From the human T2T-CHM13v2.0 reference genome, Homo sapiens: 64,000 bases of DNA. The DNA lies in assembly GCF_009914755.1 (NCBI RefSeq), contig NC_060942.1; one strand, 5' to 3'. How positions within the stretch are numbered: the stretch's first letter is position 1; every line of letters starts with the position of its first letter. Below the pieces are notes generated by a model. The model was not told the origin of the DNA. It did not search any database and was given only the letters and a program-made list of their open reading frames with translations. This document shows, piece by piece, positions 38,553-55,997 of this stretch. The position numbers and the translations under genes were made by a program.

Positions 38553-38793
38553 CACTTCTCCAATGGGAATATAATATGAGCCACATGTAATTTCAATAAT
38601 ATATTCTTATTTAAGCCAATATATCAGTTGTTATCAGTTCTAAAAAGTTAATGAGATAGTTTATATTCTTTTTTGTACTCAGTCTTTGAAATCTACTCTA
38701 TATTTTGTATTTCAAGAACATTTCCATTAGGACTAGTCCCATTTCAGGTGCCCAATGCTACCTGGCACTTGTGGTATTATACTGGACCTTGCA
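38553..38793. mobile_element. MER33/MER3 hAT MITE
   Basis: tccaatgggaatataatatgagccacatgtaattt ... catttcaggtgcccaat...tactggacc. Confidence 0.6.
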
Positions 38794-38986
38794 GCTCTTG
38801 GGAAAGGGTGCCCCCGACTCCTTGTTCTGTAGGGGGCACTTGGCACCTAGGACTGAGGGCAGTTCTCTTTACGTAAAGCTAGTAGTGTTTTCTCATTTAG
38901 CTGATGCAGAGAATGGTTGTATCTCTTTCTCTTTATAATTAGAGGTAGGGGTCATTATCACTTTCACAATGTTCGTATATACATAA

Positions 38987-39353
<367 letters not shown>

Positions 39354-39790
39354 TTCTTTTCCATTTAAAACTTGTTAACTGCATTTTCCTCATTCAGCGT
39401 ATTGCTGCTTTCCTTTATCCTCAGGAGTGATATCATCCTAGTAAATTTGTTTGCACAAATGAATTAAACACCACCGCCCCGCCACATTATTGACCTATAC
39501 TTTTCCAAAAGCCAATGCTTTCATTTCTCATCTTGAGTAATTACTAGCTCTGCAGCCTTTCTGTTCCCCACTTTGAAAAGTTCACGTGCTCTATTATGTT
39601 GGATAATGTCTAGTGGATTTTTTTTCTTCCTAGAGGAACTTTTTTTTAAGTTAATTTAATTGGATGCAAATTTTAAAACTGGCCCATTCTCTCAAATGGG
39701 GAAAAATATCTAGAAAGTGGAATGCTGTTTTTGTTTGTACTAGAGCAGCAGTTTCATCTGTGATGCCTAGGATAAACATTTTATATCAGA

Positions 39791-39986
39791 TAGAGTTGCC
39801 AGATTTAGGTTAGGGGATAGGGGAGGAAGCACCAGTTAAATTTGAATTTCATATAAACATTGAATAACTTTTTTCAGTGTAAGTGTGCCCCATGATGCAA
39901 TGTTTGGGACATACTATTAAAAATATTTATTGTTTATCTGAAATTTAAATTTAACTGGATGTACTGTGTTTCATATGGCAATCTTA
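39791..39986. mobile_element. MER53 palindromic MITE
   Basis: TIRs tagagttgcca / tggcaatctta. Internal arms 39832-39859 and 39931-39958 are complementary at 26 of 28 positions. Confidence 0.8.
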
Positions 39987-40080
39987 TTTCAGGACTTCTT
40001 TGCTCTCAAATATTGAGGACCTTAAGCAACATTTATTTATGTCAATTATATATATCGATATTTGCTGAATTATAAATTTA

Positions 40081-43269
<3,189 letters not shown>

Positions 43270-43783
43270 GATAATTGGTTCTTAAATTTGGAACTGCGAA
43301 GTCCTGGTTACCTTAGAGAGAGTATTGTTTTGATAAGTTTTTATTATTTCAGTTTTGGGTTTGAGAAACATGAAACAGGAGTTTTTGACTTGTCTGAAAC
43401 AGCACCGACTCCAGAAGGGCTAACGCCAGCTCTGCCTGGTCCCTTTCCTCCTTCACTGGGGCCATTTACACTGTGTTAATTAAGCTAATTGAGATACTGC
43501 TAGAAAGCTTTCTCCAGCAGAATTCACTTCCTGAAATATTCAACCTTATTTTAGAGGGAAAAGTTTGTTTTTAGATAGAATGTTTACATTTTAGGTAAAA
43601 CACTGGCCTTAGAGTCAGCAGATGTGCATTCCAGTGCTGCTGCTCCTTAACCTCTCTGGGGCCCCCATTTCCTCTTTAGTTGAATTTGGGAGTTGGGCTA
43701 GATTATCTCTTAGGCTATGCTAAAATTATGATGTTAATGACATTTGTCTCTTTTTTCCCTTTTGTTTTGCTTTATTGTAATAG

Positions 43784-43930
43784 GTTCACCAAGTTGAAGA
43801 GTCTTAACCTTTCCAATAATCATTTAGGGGACTTCCCTCTGGCAGTCTGCAGTATTCCAACCCTGGCAGAGCTGAACGTGTCCTGCAATGCCCTGCGATC
43901 AGTCCCGGCAGCCGTTGGAGTGATGCACAA
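43784..43930 (+). CDS. PHLPP1: PHLPP1 coding exon (probably exon 5), 147 nt, LRRs
   Basis: Polypyrimidine tract, aatag|G acceptor, CACAA|gtgtgt donor. FTKLKSLNLSNNHLGDFPLAVCSIPTLAELNVSCNALRSVPAAVGVMH contains LxxLxLxxN motifs. Phase 2 to 2. Confidence 0.95.
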
Positions 43931-44553
43931 GTGTGTACTTCAAACCCCACTGGCGGGTATATCCAGAAGCCCCAGGGAAGCTGCATTGGGGGTGTGGCAC
44001 ATGAGATTAGTTAACTTGTTATGTTGCTCATGTAAGTCTTGGCCCCAAATCAAGAGATCAGGGACTATGTAGTCCGTATGGAGTTCATATGTTGGATTTG
44101 TACTCCTTACAGTCTTGTAAAAAAATTAAATATTCTTGTTTAGAACTGAAGATCCCTACAGATGAGTATGTCTAAACATGGAATGTGGGTTATGTTCTCA
44201 TTTTTCTGAGTTATATTGAATTTTAAGACTTAGAAATTAATTTTAAGAAATAACAAGGAAAGCCCAAAGGATATCTGAATCAATTCATATCACAGTTAGC
44301 TCACATTGCTCCCATTTAAGCCTATTCAAATTGGGAAAACTAGTCATGATTTTCATTTTCAATAAAAGATTAAGATGCTTATCTCTGATTATTTCTCTTT
44401 GGTCCATTATTGCCTCAGGCCCTGCCCTTAGGCATTTTGCGAAGAATAATACATTTTCTGGTAATACGGTCTACACTTATGGAACTTGTATGTTGATAAT
44501 AAAGATGTAAAATTTATATGTTCTCTTTGTAATTCTTATGTTTTCTCTAATAG

Positions 44554-44784
44554 CTTACAGACATTTTTGTTGGATGGAAACTTTCTCCAATCCCTTCCTG
44601 CTGAGTTGGAGAACATGAAGCAGCTTAGTTATCTGGGTCTTTCTTTCAATGAATTTACTGACATTCCCGAAGTATTGGAGAAATTGACTGCTGTGGATAA
44701 ACTTTGTATGTCTGGAAACTGTGTGGAGACCCTTAGGCTACAGGCTTTAAGAAAAATGCCTCACATTAAACATGTGGATCTAAG
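44554..44784 (+). CDS. PHLPP1: PHLPP1 coding exon (probably exon 6), 231 nt, LRRs
   Basis: aatag|C acceptor and CTAAG|gtaacc donor. [76 protein letters not shown]. Phase 2 to 2, in frame with both neighbours. Confidence 0.96.
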
Positions 44785-45016
44785 GTAACCATTTTTGAGA
44801 AATAGATCTCATTTGAGTGGCTGGCTTATATTGCAGGGGTGGGGAGTAGGTTATTAACCAAGGCAAACAAGCTGGGTAATTGAATGTGGGCCCGTTTTTC
44901 TATTTCTGCCTAGAGGGAAGAATTATGATTAATAGTAGGGTTTGCTATTACTGGAAACTCTCACTGATGTATGTCTTGAAGGTCTTTGTTTTGCAGATTG
45001 GAACCCAGTTGAGTGA

Positions 45017-45503
<487 letters not shown>

Positions 45504-46254
45504 ACTCAGGCATGTTCAGTTTCATCAGTGTAAAGGAGCATCACCTTTTGCTCCCCTTTCTTCTCCTTTCATATGGTTCAGCCTAGGAAACCTATACATT
45601 CCAGTCCCATAAAGAATTGCTTGGCTTCACCTTTCCTCAGAATAAAGGAATCAGACCTGTCCCTCCTAGGGAAGTATTAGCAATTTGCAGATATAAAATT
45701 CTTAATTTGGAGGTAAAAGTGGTTATAATTTATCTGATTTTTGAGAATTTCTTGGAATGTGACAAGATAAGGAACTCTAAACACTTTGTTAACTTGCTTT
45801 CTAAATTGTTAACATTATTTGCCTCTTGAGTTCCTTGTATTTAGAAAACCCTCATATTCCAGAATTTGAGCCCTATTTTATTCATCCACCAGTGGTAGAA
45901 CTTCATTAGAGCCAAGGACAATGGCTTGCACTGACCTCAGGTAGTAAGAATGAGATGATTTCTGAGTTACCTGGTACATGTAGGGAGACATCATTTTTCT
46001 TGATCTGAATTAGCTTACACATAAGATCAATCTGAAATGTCTGGAAGTAATAAATCTTAGTAAGAGCTTTATAAATTCTTCAGATTCATAGTTCTAACTT
46101 GAGTTTTTAGATGACATCACCTACAGGATATTTAAATACCAGAATAGACATTAGACACTCTGTAAATGTTGCATGACCATGAGTAACTGCTTCCTTCCTG
46201 GCTCCTGAGCTGAGGAGGGGAAAATCAGATAGGTTTGTTCTAATTCTGCCTTAA

Positions 46255-46624
<370 letters not shown>

Positions 46625-46790
46625 TAAGGAGAGTCTTGCTTAGTTTCTCTAAGTAAAGGGCCACTTTTATTCAATTTTTTTTCCCTTTAAATGGAAATGG
46701 TACATCAGATTGATTATTTTTTTCTTTGCATTGATGTTGTTTGAGTTTGATATTATTTCTTCTGTGGCATCATTAATAATTCCTCCTCCC

Positions 46791-46853
46791 TTCTCCTCTT
46801 TCTCCTCTTTCTCCTCTTTCTCCTCTTTCTCCTCTTTCTCCTCTTTCTCCTCT
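46791..46853. repeat. (TTCTCCTCT)7 perfect 9-bp tandem repeat
   Basis: Seven exact units inside a pure pyrimidine run at 46780-46855. Confidence 0.95.
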
Positions 46854-47420
46854 TTGTACAAAGTGTGGCTGTTACTTCTTGGTCAGTTCTCTTTCTATCC
46901 ATGTTTTCTGCCTTGGGGGTTGCATATACTCTCAGGCTTCATTTTCACCTTTCATCTTGATGTTAATCATTCCCCAGTCTTTCCCTATTCCTTCTTTGAC
47001 TTCTTGAGACCAGTTCCACTTAAGCTGCCAGCTGGATAACTTCTTGGTTTTCCCTATTCACACATTTAACCAAATACATGTAAAACAGAGTTCAGTGTCT
47101 TTCTTACTCAACCAATTCTTTCTCATGGATTTCTTTTTTTGCTGATAGCAACACCACCTCATTGGTTTTCCAGACACACAACTCTTGGCTGATTCTGTCA
47201 GCTCTTCTTTTACATGAGTTTCTGTCTTTTATCCCTTCCTTTTTCTTCTCACTGTGACTGTTGTCTTCTACCTGAGCCATTTGCTTCCATTGTGCAGCCT
47301 CCCAAGCAAGCACAATTTTGCTCAGAGCCTGCGGTTCTCTAGTTCAAGGTACTCAAGCCCTCATATTTGGTTTCAGCCCACTGGTATGTGAGTCATTTGA
47401 GGATGAGGCTCTATCTCTGA

Positions 47421-47919
<499 letters not shown>

Positions 47920-48529
47920 TCAACTAATTTAGATGTTGTCAAACTTGCACAGTGAGTTGCATGTGATGTGAGCTGTGTATGGGTTGTGTACTATACATCA
48001 GTCTGTCATGAATTACAACTTTAGAAAATAGGTCTCCTTCACCATAGATAATTTAAGCACTGTTTTTATTTATCCTTCAACCCCAGTGTGAGTCCTTAGT
48101 AGGTCCAGTCCTTGGTTAATTGCCTCACCCACCTTTGTAGCACAGACCCTTGCATCCCCTGCCCTCCTGTAGAAGCTATTCAGGCAGGCACCAAACTTGC
48201 CCTGTGCTCTTCTGTTTGATGCAGAGGCTGTTCCATTGCTTCCTCGCACCTGCTTTTCTTCTCCCATGTACACCTGTTCCATTCTGCCTACTCTTGGGAA
48301 TCAGATGATTTGCTTCCTTTTCCATAGCCTCTTTTTTAAAAAACCATTCTCTACATTTTATACATCATTCGTGGCACTTACCACATACCTGTAGTTCCTG
48401 TATTTTATAAAACATATTTGACTCTCCTTACTAAATTGTGAAATCTGTTGAAAAACACCTTGTTTTATTCATCTCTTACTGCAACAAAGCCATAGGTCAT
48501 CATCGTTGTCACCATCACCATAGCCCTTC

Positions 48530-49750
<1,221 letters not shown>

Positions 49751-50403
49751 AACGGTTCATCCTAAGTAGCTGAATTACTGTGTGAACCTGAAAACTTGGT
49801 ATTTCAGTCATGGTGAGAGTTAACAACTTAAGCCAAATGTTAGCTTTCTTTTTTGTTACATTAACTTTGCTTTTGTTATAGATTTTTTTGTCTCCTTATT
49901 AATTCAATGCTTATTATTTTAGTACTAATACAATTTCATTGTATTGAATGAAATTGTGTGTGGCTCTTTCAAGTGAAGATGATAAAGCCATTAGGAAGGT
50001 TATTTGAAGTGTAGATTGGGAAGAAGATGGGACATTTGTTCCATTCCTGCAGTCTGTTGTACCCAAGATGAGATGTGTTTTTTCTTTTTTATTCTGTTTA
50101 CACATTCTAGTAATCTAGTGAGCATTTGGAAATAAGCAGATTGCTGGGTCAAGGCCAGTTTTTAAATCTTACAACCTGGAATAAAAAAAGAGAAAGAGCC
50201 AAAAAAACATCCTCTTAGGGCCATTGGAAAAGGCCATATGCTGTGCTTGCGTGTTGACAAATCCCAGCTCTTTGCTGGAACTCATCCTTGTGTTTCAGTG
50301 GCTTTAGGATATTATTCTTAATTCATTTTCCATAGGTTTATTTTATTTTTTTAAAGGACAGAAATTCACTATAGAGAAACTCTAGCTTTTTCCTGTACTC
50401 TAG

Positions 50404-50727
<324 letters not shown>

Positions 50728-51763
50728 TATATTAATACTTTTCTAAACAAGTGCATCATCTCAGCACTTTGCTGGCTTTGTAATGGAAAGTAGATGGTTT
50801 TTGTTGTTTGTTTTTAAAGGAGTTAGACATAGCCTAACAAACTGGAAATTGACATTTCCATCTATTTTTCTCCCTTTTGAAGCTAAATATGTCTTTGTTA
50901 TTTTGGTTCCTAGTCCCCATTACTACTTATTTTCTGATAGTTCATCCACAGCAACTTCAGTCAGTTAGCTCACTAGTTCTTATGGCTAGAGATTCCGCCA
51001 GTTTTCCCCTGTGCCTTGCTTCATCACAGAGGTGTTGGTTCCCATTTTTGTCCGGCATTCTAAGATTTCTCAATGGATTCTAGATGCCGGATTTCAGTAT
51101 TTTCTGCACTTCACTCTATCAAGCAGTATTTTATAGACAGAGATAGTTTTGGTGGTTCATCCTGGTCCTGAGCAGTTGGGAGTCATGTACTTGCATTCCC
51201 ATCTCTGGTGCTCCCATTCAGTGTGCAACTCTTATTCGTTGTGTGACTCCCGTCCATTACTGTTTTTCCACCTCAACCTTTAATTCCATGCTACTCATCC
51301 GCCTGTTCATGCATCCTCTCTCCTTCATTAAATATTCGTTGTAGTTGTGATGTGCCTAACAGTTGTTCTGAGTTTTGTTTCTTATGTTCTTTTCGGTATG
51401 GTGTAGATAGTTTCACAGTTCCTTGGATGTCAGTTCCTAGTTCTTTGGAAGTCAGTGCTTAAGTGGAATTTTTTTCCCTCTTGAAGTGAATTAAGGTAAA
51501 GTCAATGTGCTTATTCCTCTCCCAGCTGTAGTGGTGTCACTTGTGTTTCAGAATATATTGTGAAGGTTAAAACCTCCTGGAATTATAGCTAAAAATAGAT
51601 ACTCTGGCTAGTTAAGAAAGGCCGGATGCTGAGATTCCAAAAATCATGGAGAACTATAATACAGAGAGAACTGAGTTCTTTCTCGCTATTTCTCATATTA
51701 GGGTGTGCCCATTTACTTATAGCATTGCAGTTAATTATAGTCTCTATGTCCTTTGCCCTCAAG

Positions 51764-51966
51764 GTTGAACGTAATTAGGAAGCTGATAGCAGATGAAGTG
51801 GACTTTCTACAGCATGTTACTCAGCTTGACCTACGAGACAATAAGCTTGGTGATCTAGATGCTATGATTTTCAACAACATTGAAGTTTTACACTGTGAAA
51901 GGAATCAACTGGTCACATTAGACATCTGTGGCTATTTCCTAAAAGCGCTCTATGCCTCTTCTAATG
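51764..51966 (+). CDS. PHLPP1: PHLPP1 coding exon (probably exon 7), 203 nt, LRRs
   Basis: ctcaag|G acceptor (AAG type) and AATG|gtatgt donor. LNVIRKLIADEVDFLQHVTQLDLRDNKLGDLDAMIFNNIEVLHCERNQLVTLDICGYFLKALYASSN. Phase 2 to 1. Confidence 0.95.
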
Positions 51967-52414
51967 GTATGTATCATAGGCTACATCAAAGTTGCTCTTT
52001 TGGTTCCAGGAATTTACCCAGCATCATTATTTCTGCTTCTGATTATTCTTTGCTCAAGTAGTTAGTAAAATAGCTCAAATTTTGCTAAAATAAAAGTCAC
52101 AAAAGAAAAATGCTGACTTATTGTTTAAAGGACTCAAAAAGGAAAATTTTATTGTCCCTAATTTTTTTCTCGTATTGTGATTTGGATAAGTTACTCCCAC
52201 TTTTGATTTGATTTTTCTGCTTAAAGGAAGAGAGAAAAGTGAACTATTTCTTGGGCTACATTACCAAGATCTAGAGATCTTTACTACCTTATTACTAAAT
52301 CTGGAACCTTTATTTAATACTGGAGAATGAAAGGAAGTTTTATTTTGACTCCATTCGGGATCTCCAGTTTCATGTTTGACTAACAAAGAACTCACCTTAA
52401 TATAAACCAGAATG

Positions 52415-52590
52415 TTAGCTGGGCGTGGTGGTGTATGCCTGTAGTCCCAGCTACTTGGGAATGGGAAGCTGAGGCAGGAGGATTGCTGGAGCCCAGGAGG
52501 TGGAGGCTGCGGTCGTCTGAGATCACACTACTGCACTCCAGCCTGGTTGACAGAGCGAGACCCTGTCTCAAAAAAAAAAAAAAGACAAGA
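52415..52590 (+). mobile_element. Alu right arm (5'-truncated, J-like)
   Basis: ttagctgggcgtggtgg...gagaccctgtctc plus A tail; flanking repeat ataaac(c/t)agaatg. Confidence 0.85.
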
Positions 52591-54022
52591 AAAGATAATT
52601 TAAAAAAGATAAACTAGAATGATACATGCACAAGAAGGACACCATAAAGCTAGAGTCTTAATCATTTAATAATATTTCTTCCTAAGAATCTGAAAATCAG
52701 GGCAGTTCCAAAAAAGAAAAGGTAGTATGGGCATATGTTTGCTAAGATGAAGGTTTCCATTCCCTACAGTCAGTAAACTGAATGAAAACAAGTGTTCACT
52801 ACTGCAAGTTGAACATATGTTTATCACGCACTTGTTTTATGCATAGTGCAGCTCATGAGCTCTGAAAGATGAAGGATTTTTCAAATGTGATTACTGTTAT
52901 CTCAGAAAAACAAGCCAAGCCTCAAATAGGTATATTTTCTAGTGTAATCAGTTTGGCTGAGCACTGAAGGGTTATAGGATTTAGATAACCAGTGGGAATG
53001 AAGTAGGAAGAAAGAATCTGAATGTGGCTTGTTCGGCAGTTGGGAGAAAACAGGGAATTCTGAACCCATAGAAGTAATTAGGGGATGCATGCTTTTGTCA
53101 GATGGTCAAGCATTGCCCTTAGCTTAGTAAGCGATAGAGAACCAGTAGAGACTCTAAAGTGGAGGAGACTTGATGGAAGTGATGCTTTAAGGCAGTTAAT
53201 GTGAAAATAGTGTGTACAGAATGCATTTATAGAAGAAGGTTGAGGGTAATCCACTACTCCACTAATCCAAGTTATTGTGATGGGCTTCATGTGGGTTAAT
53301 GGGAACTTGTAGTCAAGATTACATATGTTGATTTGAGACTTACCTGCTCAGAGGTGATACCTGAAACCAGGGAAGTAAGGTAACTGGAAGAGAGGAGAGT
53401 GCTAGTACCAAAGGTCAACTTACAAGCCCCTCACACTTAGCTGCAGCCAGACTGGGCAACCAGATAGGAGCTGCACCTGTGAATTACTTGGTAATTGTTT
53501 AGAGAAGCAGAAGGACATTTACAAACTACTCTTGTCCAAGAAACACAGTGACAGGGGACAGTGGTGTCATATTTCATAAAGTGTTCAGGAAGTGTTTCAG
53601 ATTTAAGTAAAATAAGTCATTTGTGACCCACTGGAGTGCTGTTTCAGTAAGGTGATGAGGGCAAAAGACAAGAAGCATTACTTGGTTTTATGGAAGGACC
53701 CTTGGGTTTTAAAAGGATGGTACTCGTGGTTAATCTTTCAGATGTGATACAGCCTGCATAACAATAAGAGCAACAGTAAATGGATAGCAAAGAGGTAGGA
53801 AATTAGAATGCATGATGTATTTCAATCTCTGAAGAAGATCTTGTGATTAAAAGTTCTTTTTTACTTTTCCTGCACTTTCAAAGTTAAACAAATGATGTAT
53901 TGTACTTCCTAAACTAAACAAACAATAGAGAATAAAGCACAGTAATGACGTTCCACATACAAAAAGAGTCTCTATGTCATTTGTATAGTAATGTCTTTGT
54001 GGGGTTTTTTTTTTCTTCCTAG

Positions 54023-54083
54023 AACTTGTTCAACTTGATGTTTACCCAGTTCCAAATTATCTGTCCTACATGGATGTTTCAAG
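54023..54083 (+). CDS. PHLPP1: PHLPP1 coding exon (probably exon 8), 61 nt
   Basis: T-rich tract with cctag|AA acceptor and TCAAG|gtaaga donor. (E)LVQLDVYPVPNYLSYMDVS(R). Phase 1 to 2 bridges the flanking exons exactly. Confidence 0.93.
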
Positions 54084-55091
54084 GTAAGAAGTCAAGTCTT
54101 AGAGCCCTCTAGAGTCTACTAGAAAATTATTTAGTAATTCTGTCTGAGCTTATGCACAAGTACTTTTTAATATTTTGAAGGTAAATGCTAAAAAATTAAT
54201 GATTTTTACTTTATTCTCTAAAATTATATATATCTATTGATTAAAATACATTTGTAGTTCAAACCAGAGCATCAAAGTGCCTGTGCACACCAATTTGAAC
54301 ACACATTTGGACTTGAAAGGTGAGTAAGTTGAGGGCCGTATGGCTTAAAGCTCTAATAACTCTTTTCATTATATGAATCATATTTTTTTGTCTTTCCCTG
54401 AAGTAATGTTAATTTTATTTTTTATTTTCAAAATTTTTTTTCAAACTCTGCCAAGTCTTAGGATGATTTAATTTTTTAAGTGCTTTATTTCTTTGGATTT
54501 CTTACCCCCCTTGTTTAGACATATATCTCTTCGCTAAAAATTCTTAGGAAATAATGACAAAGCCTATCAAAATAGAAATTCTCTACAACCTGCTTGGTTT
54601 TCTTAGCTCCTTTTTGAATATGCTAACTATTTTACCTTTTATGGTAATTTGCTTCTGCAGTGTATTATATTTATTGCGGTTCCCACAAATATTATAGTAG
54701 ACTTTTTCTTGAAGGCACAAAGGCTTGACAGTGTCTACAGTATGTATTTATACCACGTAAACTTAAAAATTTTTAACAATGAATTTTAAAATTGCAACTC
54801 ATTTGGAAGGTAACTCCAAAGGAGATACACAAAAATGTTCTAAACATAGGGAGTTTGTGGCCCACTCAAGGTGACAACTGTTAACTCATTTCAGGGCTTA
54901 AATTCTGGTGTGTTTATTAACAGTCACCATGCTTTTTAATCACAACTATTGTATGATTTGTCTTCTACAGAATTTTGCCTTTTATCTTGAGATTACACAG
55001 GCTTAGCTATTTTAATAATCTATTCAATCATAATTATGCAAGATGTGTCAGTATTTAGCTATTGGGAAAATATTACAGTTAAATTTTTATT

Positions 55092-55997
55092 GGGGGAGGA
55101 GCCAAGATGGCCGAATAGGAACAGCTCCGGTCTACAGCTCCCAGCGTGAGCGACGCAGAAGACGGGTGATTTCTGCATTTCCATCTGAGGTACCGGGTTC
55201 ATCTCACTAGGGAGTGCCAGACAGTGGGCGCAGGCCAGTGTGTGTGTGCACCATGCGCGAGCCGAAGCAGTGCGAGGCATTGCCTCACCTGGGAAGCGCA
55301 AGGGGTCAGGGAGTTCCCTTTCCGAGTCAAAGAAAGGGGTGACGGACGCACCTGGAAAATCGGGTCACTCCCACCCGAATATTGCGCTTTTCAGACCGGC
55401 TTAAGAAACGGCGCACCACGAGACTATATCCCACACCTGGCTCAGAGGGTCCTACGCCCACGGAATCTCGCTGATTGCTAGCACAGCAGTCTGAGATCAA
55501 ACTGCAAGGCGGCAACGAGGCTGGGGGAGGGGCGCCCGCCATTGCCCAGGCTTGCTTAGGTAAACAAAGCAGCCGGGAAGCTCGAACTGGGTGGAGCCCA
55601 CCACAGCTCAAGGAGGCCTGCCTGCCTCTGTAGGCTCCACCTCTGGGGGCAGGGCACAGACAAACAAAAAGACAGCAGTAACCTCTGCAGACTTAAGTGT
55701 CCCTGTCTGACAGCTTTGAAGAGAGCAGTGGTTCTCCCAGCACGCAGCTGGAGATCTGAGAACGGGCAGACTGCCTCCTCAAGTGGGTCCCTGACACCTG
55801 ACCCCCGAGCAGCCTAACTGGGAGGCACCCCCCAGCAGGGGCACACTGACACCTCACACGGCAGGGTATTCCAACAGACCTGCAGCTGAGGGTCCTGTCT
55901 GTTAGAAGGAAAACTAACAACCAGAAAGGACATCTACACCGAAAACCCATCTGTACATCACCATCATCAAAGACCAAAAGTAGATAAAACCACAAAG
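55092..55997 (+). promoter_or_regulatory. L1 5'UTR: internal sense promoter, antisense promoter, CpG island, YY1 site at 55104-55112
   Basis: CpG-rich and near-identical to the recalled L1HS 5'UTR. Intact AAGATGGCC YY1 motif. 5'UTR splice donor CTGAG|gtaccg with GT at 55190. Confidence 0.9.
55327..55542 (-). CDS. L1 ORF0 (primate antisense ORF, 71 aa), intact
   Basis: ATG at 55542-55540. MAGAPPPASLPPCSLISDCCASNQRDSVGVGPSEPGVGYSLVVRRFLSRSEKRNIRVGVTRFSRCVRHPFL* is the last 71 aa of track ORF 55327..55611. Confidence 0.88.
   Translation of the reverse strand: MAGAPPPASLPPCSLISDCCASNQRDSVGVGPSEPGVGYSLVVRRFLSRSEKRNIRVGVTRFSRCVRHPFL

Noticed and set aside
38184-38596. Cluster of overlapping GC-richer ORFs
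   Set aside because: Lies in a MER115-like transposon remnant; no coherent coding signal.
43680-44072. Standalone 130-aa LRR protein (likewise ORFs at 44486, 51753 and 63607)
   Set aside because: PHLPP1 exons with chance open intronic extensions; splice sites define the real limits.
46667-47039. EEK-repeat and SSF-repeat ORFs
   Set aside because: By-products of the 9-bp tandem repeat.
55693-55995. 100-aa antisense ORF in the L1 5'UTR
   Set aside because: Generic open frame of the L1HS 5'UTR reverse strand; not ORF0 and no evidence of function.
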